A stretch of DNA of 32,000 nt from Mycoplasma mycoides subsp. capri. Its GTDB lineage: Bacteria > Bacillota_I > Bacilli_A > Mycoplasmatales > Mycoplasmataceae. Made by a program: the position numbers and the translations under genes. Below the pieces are notes generated by a model. It was given only the letters and a program-made list of their open reading frames with translations. It had not been told where the DNA came from and ran no database searches. Numbering within the stretch: position 1 is the first letter of the stretch; each line of letters starts with the position of its first letter. The stretch spans positions 210,001 to 242,000 of the forward strand of contig NZ_CP065581.1 of NCBI RefSeq assembly GCF_018389705.1, given 5' to 3'. Below, piece after piece: positions 20,434 to 29,114 of the stretch.

Positions 20434-20480
20434 TTAATTAGTATTTTTTCAGTTTTTAGTATTTTGAATTATTGTTTTAT

Positions 20481-20508
20481 TTCACAAATTATTCTATTAA
20501 AGTATAAT
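20481..20508 (+). promoter_or_regulatory. Candidate promoter of the riboswitch-ABC operon
   Basis: TTCACA (20481-20486), 16-nt spacer, TATAAT (20503-20508). Confidence 0.45.
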
Positions 20509-20516
20509 TAAAGCAA

Positions 20517-20590
20517 ATAAGGGTGCTGTAAAAAGCTGAGATTATACCTATTAGCAGATCATGGTAATTCATGCGTGGCTAGATTTTTTA
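20517..20590 (+). promoter_or_regulatory. TPP (THI-box) riboswitch aptamer
   Basis: AAGGGTGCTGTAAAAAGCTGAGATTATACCTATTAGCAGATCATGGTAATTCATGCGTGG contains the conserved GGTGC, CTGAGA, ACC and GATC-TGG-TAAT-...-GCG blocks in the canonical order. Confidence 0.8.
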
Positions 20591-20592
20591 CA

Positions 20593-20627
20593 GGTTATAC
20601 CCTTTAAAAGGTATAACCTTTTATTTT
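20593..20627 (+). terminator. Riboswitch expression-platform terminator
   Basis: GGTTATACC (20593-20601) / GGTATAACC (20610-20618) followed by TTTTATTTT, immediately before the RBS (AAGGAG) and ATG 20655. Confidence 0.75.
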
Positions 20628-20654
20628 CCCCTTATTTTAAAAAAGGAGATAAAT

Positions 20655-22130
20655 ATGTATACAAATAAATTAAAAGTTGCATTAGGAACAATGTTATCGG
20701 CTGTTTCTATTGCTTCTGTAGGTTCATTTGTTGTTGCTTGTCAAAATACCGGAAAAGATCCTAATCAACCTCAAGTAGCTGCAAAATGAGATAGTAAAAT
20801 AACAATTAACAATGGTTGAGTTAATGATGGTTTTTTTAGTAAATTAGATTCTAATACTGGAGCTGTAACTCCAAGTGAAAAAAGTAAGAAATTTATTGAA
20901 TTATTAAGTCAAAGATTCAATGAATTAAAAAATAAAGATGAAGAAGCTAGAAAATTTGAAGATGTTAAGTTTGATATAAAAGTTGATCTTAATAAAAAGA
21001 GTTATTATTCAAAATTGGAAAAAAACGATTCTGAAAATGATGTTTATATCACTAATTACTCATATTACTTAGATAACGTTTGAGATGCTAGAAATAATAC
21101 TTTAAAGAAAGACTTAGATTTTAAATTAGTTTCTCAAGCGGCTACTTTAAAATTTAACTGACAATCAGAAGATAATACTTTCTATAAGGATGGAAAATCA
21201 GATGATTCATTGCGTAAACTAGCAGAAGAAAACAATAATAAATGACTAGAATATGGAGAATACCCAGATTGATATTCTAGAGAAGACAAAGAAATGAATG
21301 GTAAAAAATTACATTTTGATGGCTCAAAATATACTAATTTTTATAAAGATAAAGAATTAACTTATGTATATCGTGGTGCTGTTCTAATTGCCGGAACTGA
21401 AGAACAACGTAAGGAAGTTGTTAAAGCTTGAGAGGATAAAAACTGAGAAGCATTTCTAAAAAAAGGAATTGTTTATGAAAAAGCAAGTAGAGCAGGTGGT
21501 TATAAGTACCAGGTAGCTTTATTTGCCCGTCATTTTAACAAGGATATAAAGGATATTAAACATGATCTTGAAAAAAATGAAGCATACAAACAATATATTG
21601 TTAAAGGTAAAGCTGTATCTGATCAATTAGGAAAAAAACAAGAAAATATTAGTTTAACACCACTAATTGGATTTGATGATGAGGGTTCATATAATTGAAC
21701 TAAATCAGAAAAAGATAGTGTAAAATATAAACCAACTGATTTTAAATCTAGTGTAAATGGTTCATCTACTTCTACTTCAATGAACGCTAGATCTATGATG
21801 ATATCTGCAAAACCAGCAATGCCAGCTACACCTGTAACTAATGGTATGAATAAAAATGGTTCTGTTATAAGAACTTTAACAATGACTAATCCAGCTGGTT
21901 ATGATGTTGTTTTAGCTAGAAGAGGTTTATTAGATAAACAAGTTGAACTTCTTTCAAAAGCGTTACAATCATTATCATTAGAAGAAAATACTTACGGAAT
22001 TTATACTGGATATAATAAATTCATGCCATTAAGTATGGAATTATTTGAAAAATTAGTAAAATTACAAGTGCAAGCTGAATCAAAACAAGATTTAGTTAAA
22101 GACATCGATAAAATTGAATTAAAAAAATAG
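20655..22130 (+). CDS. ABC transporter substrate-binding lipoprotein (p37/Cypl-like, probable thiamine/TPP binding), 491 aa
   Basis: ATG at 20655 is in frame with track ORF 21780-22130. The sequence was traced through 13 TGA=Trp. The signal peptide has lipobox VVAC (MYTNKLKVALGTMLSAVSIASVGSFVVAC). The gene lies downstream of the TPP riboswitch and upstream of the ATPase and permease. Confidence 0.8.
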
Positions 22131-22880
22131 ATGAATAAAGTTATAGAGTTAAAAGAAATATCAGTTCAATATAATAATAAAAGCGATCTAGTTTTAAAAG
22201 ATATTAACCTAGATATTTTTCAAGGTGAACTGGTTGCTATAATTGGTCCATCTGGAGTTGGAAAAAGTACATTATTTAAAATAATTATTAATTCATTAAG
22301 ACCAGTAAAAGGTCAAGTAAAAGTCTTTGATAAAGACATTTTAAAATTTAATAAAAAACAAAAACGTCTTTTTATCTCAAAAATAGGTTTTCTAACCCAA
22401 ACTCCTAATCTTATTTATACAGATAATGTTTATAACAACATTATTAGATCAACTAGTAAATATAAAAATAATTTTTATAAGTTTTTTAGTATTTTAACTA
22501 GAAAACAAAAAATAGCAATTTTTGAAAAATTAGATGAATTAAATATTTTAGATAAAGCTTTTTTTAAAGTAAGTGAACTTTCTGGTGGTCAACAACAGCG
22601 TGTAGAAATTGCAAAACTTCTAATAAAAGATGTTGAACTAATTCTAGCTGATGAACCAACAAGTAATTTAGATAAAAAAACTAGTATTGAAGTACTAGAA
22701 GTACTTAAAAATATCTCAAAACAAAATAAAACTATTTTAGTAAACATTCACGATCTTAGTTTAGTTAAAAGATATTTTGATAGAGTAATTGCAATTAATA
22801 ATAAACAAATTGTATTTGATAAAAAAACTAAGGATATAAAACAATGGCAACTAGACAGAATTATAAAAAGCCGTTCTTAG
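22131..22880 (+). CDS. ABC transporter ATP-binding protein (PhnC/p29-like), 249 aa
   Basis: Walker A GPSGVGKST, signature LSGGQQQR, Walker B LILADEPTSNLD and H-loop NIHD are present. Confidence 0.93.
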   Translation: MNKVIELKEISVQYNNKSDLVLKDINLDIFQGELVAIIGPSGVGKSTLFKIIINSLRPVKGQVKVFDKDILKFNKKQKRLFISKIGFLTQTPNLIYTDNVYNNIIRSTSKYKNNFYKFFSILTRKQKIAIFEKLDELNILDKAFFKVSELSGGQQQRVEIAKLLIKDVELILADEPTSNLDKKTSIEVLEVLKNISKQNKTILVNIHDLSLVKRYFDRVIAINNKQIVFDKKTKDIKQWQLDRIIKSRS

Positions 22881-24592
22881 TTAAAGAATCTAATTTCTTT
22901 AAATATCGTTATATAAACAGAACTACTAATACAAAAACAAGTTGAAAATTCCACCCAATTTATTTTCATTTACTAGCTTTTTTAGTTTTAGTATTAGTTG
23001 GTTATTGTTTTTATAATCAAGCGAGTTTGATTAAAATTGATAATTTTTATCAAGTAACTAAAAAACTAATTTTACTATTTAGTTTTGAAAATAAAAACTT
23101 TTTAGATACTAGTTATATTTCAAATGAATATACTAACTTATTTTTAGATACGCTTAGTTTGTTATGAGTAACAATTAAACTAGCTTTAACTGGAACATTT
23201 ATAGGTTTTATATTAGCTGTTATTACTAGTTTTTTATCATTTAGTAAAGTTAATAATAAATTTTTATCTTATTTATTAAGTGCTGTTATTTTAATTTTAA
23301 GAAGTACGCCTGAATTGATCTTTATTACTCTGATAACTTCAACTTTTAGAAATGATTTAAGTTTATTATTAGTTTATATTTGATTTACTTGATTATGATT
23401 GCATAAATACTATATTGATATGTTAAATTCATTTGATTTACAGGCATATTATGTTTCAATAAGTCAAGGTAATTCAAAGTTTAAAGCTTTTTTTAAAGAA
23501 ATTTATCCAAGAATAAAAAATAGAGTAATTGCATTATTCATTTTTTCATTTGAATCAAACATTAGATGAGCTTCAATTCTAGCAGCTTTAAGTTTACCTG
23601 GAATAGGTAGATTAATAGTTTATGGAAGTGAAAACACTGCTCATTTTAACCAATTAGGTATTCCATTATTAGTATTAATGAGTTTTATTTTAGTTTTAGA
23701 ATTATTAAACTACTTATTTAAAAAATATTTAGTTGAGGCTAGATCTAAAGTTTATAAACAAAAAAATGAAACTAAATTTGAATACTATACAAGATTATCT
23801 AAAAAACTAAACGTTAATAAAATTATTATTAGTTTAATTTTTATTAGCCTGACTATTATAAGTATTATTACTTTTATTAATATTCCAATTTATATCTTTA
23901 ATTTAGATTATGTTAAATCATTTTTTAATAATTTGTTAAACCCAAACTTTGCTAGTTTTAATATTTTTAACAAACATATTGAAAATAACCCAATTATTTT
24001 AATTTGAAACTCATTACAGTTTACAATTGTTGCTATGTTTATTTGCATAGTAATAACAATAATAGGTATTAGATTACAATCAATAAGACTAAATAATTTA
24101 TTTGTTGTAATTATTTGTAGAAGTTTAAATGTTTTAATTAGATTAATCCCAACTATAGTTTATTTTTATGTTTTTCACCCAATATTTAGTAATGTTTTAA
24201 CACTAGTAATTATTGTTGTTAGCTTACACCAAGCTTCTAGTAAAGCTAAACAACTAGTTGAAGTAGTTGATAATTTAAATATTCAAATCATCAATAATTT
24301 AAAAATACAAGGATATAGTAATAATCAAATATTTTTAAAGTATGTCTTGCCCGCAATTAAAATTGAATTTATCTCATTGTCAATTTTTTATTTCGAACTA
24401 ATATTTAGAGCTTCAATTACTTATTATATTTTAGCTAGTGACAAATTATATATAGGTCATTTAATAACTAAGTACTTAGATACAAGAGCATTTTATCCAA
24501 GATTAGCTATGAGTTATGTATGAATTGGAACATTTGCTATACTAGTTATAAATTTAATTGCTAGATATATTAATAAAAAAATTAGAAAGTAA
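22844..24592 (+). CDS. ABC transporter permease, duplicated PhnE/p69-like, 582 aa
   Basis: ATG at 22844 overlaps the ATPase 3' end by 37 nt. It is in frame with track ORFs 23678-24007 and 24035-24523. There are many TM segments and two permease-like halves. TAA is at 24590-24592. Confidence 0.82.
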
Positions 24593-24622
24593 TTAATAAA
24601 CTATATTTTTAAATAATAAGTT

Positions 24623-24649
24623 AAATTCCCTTAAAAAAGGGAATTTTTT
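24623..24649 (+). terminator. Rho-independent terminator of the ABC operon
   Basis: AAATTCCCTT (24623-24632) / AAGGGAATTT (24637-24646) followed by a T-run. Confidence 0.8.
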
Positions 24650-24838
24650 ATTTGTTTAAGTTTAATAAATGTTAGAAAATATCAAGTTTTAAAATATTAA
24701 AAATCTAAATTATTAACTTTATAAACTATAAATAAAAACTACAAATTAAGACTAACTCAGATCTAAATTTCACCATTTTATGCTGATTGCTTGCATATAT
24801 ATATCATTAACTCTATAGGTAATATGGAGGTTTTTGCT

Positions 24839-24886
24839 ATGCACAATAAAATAGATAATAGCAAAAATTCTCTATCAAATGACTAA
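24839..24886 (+). CDS. 15-codon leader ORF (MHNKIDNSKNSLSND) with a strong SD, overlapping the start of the next gene
   Basis: GGAGG (24826-24830) lies 8 nt upstream of ATG 24839. TAA at 24884-24886 overlaps ATG 24879 of the MTase-like gene, which has no SD of its own. Confidence 0.3.
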   Translation: MHNKIDNSKNSLSND

Positions 24887-25664
24887 ATATGTAGTATGAG
24901 CTTTATATGATGATGCTGAAAGTAGTTATCAAAAAGCTATTAAAAAATACTTTGATAATGAATTTATAGTCTATTCAATTGGTATTAATGATTCTAGTAA
25001 AATAAAATTCAAAGAATCAGAAAATTATAAATATAAACAAATTGATTTATCATTACTTAACTTTAATTTAATAAACCAATTAAAGCAATTAGAAAAACCA
25101 GATATTATTCTAGCTTCTCCACCATGTGAAAGTTGAAGTGGAGCTGATTGTGGTGGTAAGATGTTTTCTAAAATAACTACTACTTCAGAAAAAGTTGAAG
25201 ATGATACTTCAATTTGAAAAGTAAGAAATAAAAAATATTATGATGAATATAATAAAACTGCTCATCCAGTTAAAAGAAGATTATTTTTACAAAAAGAAGT
25301 GGGGAGAATATTAGGAATTAGTACAATAGGAGCTACTATTCATATAATTCAAACTTTTAAACCTAAGATATGAATTATAGAAAATCCAGCAACAGGTAAG
25401 ACTTGAGATTTTCAAAAACACCATTGAAATTTTTATGAGAATTTTTATGAAAATAAAACTTATTACTCATCTTATGATATTCATTTTTCTTTAAAACCAA
25501 CTATTTTTAAAAGCAATATAAAACTTGATCTACTAACAAATAGAAATAAGGGAAACAATGATCATATGGCAAGAGGGAATTATTCAAAAAGAAGTTCAAT
25601 TCCAAGCGAATTGATCAAAGATATTATTAATCAAATCAAACTAAAACTAAACAAGAATAAATAA
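24879..25664 (+). CDS. Short C5-cytosine-methyltransferase-like protein lacking a TRD and with degenerate SAM-binding motifs, 261 aa
   Basis: Traced ATG 24879 to TAA 25662-25664 with 8 TGA=Trp. Motif IV-like ILASPPCESWSGAD is present, as are motif V/VI-like RRLFLQKEV...FKPKIWIIENPATG and motif X-like RSSIPSELIKDIINQI. The motif I position reads VVWALYDDAESSYQKA, with no FxGxG. Confidence 0.7.
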
Positions 25665-25666
25665 TT

Positions 25667-26233
25667 ATGGAATTTAAAGAAATTATAAAGAATGCTATAT
25701 TTCATACAGTTGGTACTAATGCTAAATCTTATTTAAAAAGATTTAAAGATAAATATTCAAAATTTAATAGTTTTTATACTTCACCAAATAGCAAGATTAA
25801 TAACAACATTAATGTGATGAATGAAAATGACAAAATAATTGATGTTTTTACTAGTGATGCTACTTATGATCAGTTTTGTTTAGTTTTAACTGCTTTTGGT
25901 TATATTAAAAATGTAAATGGTAATTGAAAAATAATTAATAAAGAATTATCTACAAAACAAATTGCAGATAATATTTTTTCAAAAACTTTTGATAAGAATG
26001 TTTCAATATATAGACAAAGTAAAATAATCACACTTTTAGTAAATTTAAACATTATTAATGAAAATAATTATCAAGATTTCAAATTAAAAGGCAAAAGAAC
26101 TAATCAAGTTAAAATTAAAAATTTAAAAGCAGAAGTATCTCCTTGAGAAAAAGATGTCTGTTTAGATGCTGAATTAATAACATATTGTCTTAAAAAAATA
26201 GAAAATTATGAGTTTATAAAAAAGGAAAAATAA
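25667..26233 (+). CDS. Hypothetical protein, 188 aa (possible HTH segment)
   Basis: ATG at 25667, 2 nt after the upstream stop. Track ORF 25667-25927 continues through TGA=Trp to TAA at 26231-26233. I recognise no family. LSTKQIADNIFSKTFDKNVSIYRQSKIITLL looks helix-turn-helix-like. Confidence 0.7.
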
Positions 26234-26235
26234 TT

Positions 26236-28077
26236 ATGATAAATCACTTAATTACAGTTAGTCCTAGAAGTGTTAAAGAAATGTTTTCTTATTTACAAAT
26301 AGTTGAAATACCTTTATATCAAAGACAATATTGTTGAAGCAAAGAAAATATTCATTCACTTTTAAATGACTTATTAGATAGAGATCAAGATAATCGTCAG
26401 CACTTTTTTGGAACAATTACTGAAGCAATAGCTCCAACTGATACAGATAGTCCTAATGGTTTAAAACATCGAATAATTGATGGTCAACAAAGATTAACTA
26501 CTTGTCTTTTATTAATTCATTTTTTTAATAGCAAAATAATCAGAAATAAAGAATCGAATATTTTACAACAATCAGTTTTTAAAGAAAAAGGTTTAACAAT
26601 CAAAGAATTTAATTTAGAAAAACGCTCTGATGATCAAGAAACTTGATCTATATCAGAAGATATTAAAAAAATAATTAATTATTATACAAGTAACGAGCTT
26701 GATAATAGTGAAATAAATTTTAGTGATAAAAAAATAAAAGAAAATTATGAAATTATTCAAAACTTTTTTGATTCTAAAAAATTTATTGTTGATGATTATA
26801 AAAGATTATTAGATATTTTTTTAAATAAGTTTATTTTTTCATCATTGATTTATCCAATAAATGATCCATTTGAAGAAATGACTATTTTTGAAAATTTAAA
26901 CTCTAAAGGTGTACCTTTAGATGATCTAGACTTAATTAAAAATATTATAATGTTAGCAGATCAAAATAAAAATCCAAAAGACAACTTAAGACAATTTGAT
27001 AAATACATTTGAAATTTAGTTTCAAATGGAGATTGAAAAAATAAAGATAAAGAAAAAGTAATTAGAGACTTTTTTGAAGAATTTTTAAAATGATACTTAA
27101 AAGATAATTATAAAAAATATGGATCTTATGAAATTTATAAAAATTTCAAATATTATATAAAGTCTAGTAAAGACAAAAACTGAACTTTAACTAATATTTT
27201 ACAAGAGTTAAAAAAATATCTGATTTTATATTTAACAATTACTAAACCAATAAAAGCTAATCATATTGGAAATAATTTATGAATAAGAGTAATTGATCAA
27301 AAAAGAGTTTATATAGGTTTATTATTTGCATTATTTAATAAATTTTCAAACTTTGATACTAGTAGTGAAGAATGAAAAGAAAATATAACAATTATTAATT
27401 ATATGAAAGTATTTTCAATACATATTATAAGATTAATGTCTTATCAAGGTACAGGTCAATCACTTTCAGATTTTTGTTTATGATTTGAAGAACAAATAAC
27501 TAAAGAAGAAAAAACTTATAAAGACTTATTTGAAATTTTAAAAGATAATTCTATTAAAAAACCACTAAATGCAATATCTCCTGATGATATACAAGTTAGA
27601 GAATCACTTTTAAGTGTCAAAGACACAGTTAAGTGAATTGCAAAAAGTGTTATTGATGTTGTTGAAACTACTATTTTAAATAATGCTAATGAAGAAATCA
27701 ATCATACTAAAAAAACTACACTAGAACATATAATGCCTCAAACTTTAACTGGTGAATGAATTAAATATATAGCAAGTAATGAAAACACTTCAGAACAAGA
27801 TGTTATAGATAAGCATAAAGCATATTTAAATAAAATAGGAAATTTATGCTTTATTGATTTAAGTAAAAATTCTAAAATAAGTAATTATTCATTTGAAGAT
27901 AAAAAATCTAAACTTTATCGTCTTGTTTCATCACCTTTAATTAATGGATCTGATAATTTAAAAGACTATAATATTGATTCTATTAATTCTTATAGTGTTT
28001 GAGGATTTAGTGAAATTCAAAAAAGAACCGAACAAATTGTTGATCAATTTTTAAAAATCATTAATCAAATTAATTAA
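26236..28077 (+). CDS. DUF262 + DUF1524 (GmrSD-family) nuclease, type IV restriction-like, 613 aa
   Basis: Traced ATG 26236 to TAA 28075-28077 with 13 TGA=Trp and no TAA/TAG. The N-terminal DUF262 signatures are IPLYQRQYCW and IIDGQQRLTT. The C-terminal DUF1524/His-Me-finger-like signatures are TLEHIMPQ and IGNLCFIDLSKNSKISNYSFEDKK. Confidence 0.85.
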
Positions 28078-28095
28078 TTATTTGTAAGTATGTAT

Positions 28096-28126
28096 AGCAA
28101 TAGCTAATAGCTATTGCTTTTTATTT
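28096..28126 (+). terminator. Rho-independent terminator of the three-gene cassette
   Basis: AGCAATAGC (28096-28104) / GCTATTGCT (28110-28118) followed by TTTTTATTTT. Confidence 0.8.
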
Positions 28127-28203
28127 TATTAAGATTTCTAATTAATTTTTCTAATTATTTATAATAAAAAAAGAGGGGTTAATATACACTAGAAAGGGTT
28201 AGT

Positions 28204-29106
28204 ATGATACAAAAAAATACACCAGGAGAAGCGTTAAGAACGTTTTTTAATCCAACAGTCTTTGGTTTTGAAATTCTAGCAGTATTTTTACTAGTATTTT
28301 TAGTTTTAGTTTTTAGACTAATTGCAATATTGTTAAAAAAACAACATAATAAGTTATTTTTATCAACTAGTTTTACAATAGCTACAGCTTTAGCTTTCTT
28401 TTTACCTTATGGATTTGCTTCAATTGGAGTAAAAACTTCTATAGCTCCATTTTTAAACCCATTAATTGTCTTTTTTAAAGCAGTGTTTATTGGGTTTGGA
28501 AAATCTGGTCAAGAAAGTAATCAATTAGTAGGATCTATTTTAACTAATGGGATTTGATATATTTTATTTGCTCAATTTATTGGAGTAATTTTAAGTATTT
28601 TAGTATTTTATTTATTTTTTTATAGTATTAAAAAAGTTAATAATAAAAAAATCGAATATCAATTTTTAAATACATTAACATTAAGAGAATTTTTTAAAAG
28701 CTCATCTGATTTATCAATACTAGGTTTTAGTATTAAAGAGTTTGTGTTTATTACTTTATTAATAATAGTTTTACCATTTATATCAGCAATTGATACAGCT
28801 ATTTATAAGTTTGATCAATTTGGAATTATATTAATGGAATTGTTATTTATTTGAACTATTTTATTTATTTCTTCATTTTTTGAATTCTTTTCATTTCATT
28901 TAGCATTTCCATTTATAGATATTATTTTTAAAACAATAGATTTCATTTTATTAAAAAAAGAAAATCAAATTAGTATTAAGTCATACTTATTTGATTTATT
29001 AAAGTTTGTTTTAGTAATTATATTTTCAATAATAATACCTATAATAATTGGATTTATTAGTATAGCTATTAAGATGAAAACCGGAGTAGTTATATCAGTT
29101 GCTTAA
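28204..29106 (+). CDS. Polytopic integral membrane protein, 300 aa
   Basis: ATG at 28204. The track ORF continues through TGA=Trp to TAA at 29104-29106. About 7-8 hydrophobic segments are present. The stop lies 8 nt upstream of the next gene. Confidence 0.75.
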
Positions 29107-29114
29107 GGAATTAT

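Noticed and set aside
24795-24804. (AT)5 run between a TTGCAT and a TATAGG upstream of the three-gene cassette, a possible phase-variable promoter
   Set aside because: The repeat is short and the -10 is poor (TATAGG). Such runs are common in this AT-rich genome, so there is not enough evidence.
27516-27701. 61-aa minus-strand ORF
   Set aside because: It is antisense to the GmrSD-like gene.
28204-29106. Two N-P dipeptides (FFNPTV, FLNPLI) hinting at an aquaporin/GlpF-like channel
   Set aside because: They are not NPA motifs. The spacing and surrounding residues do not match the MIP family signature, so I called it only a polytopic membrane protein.
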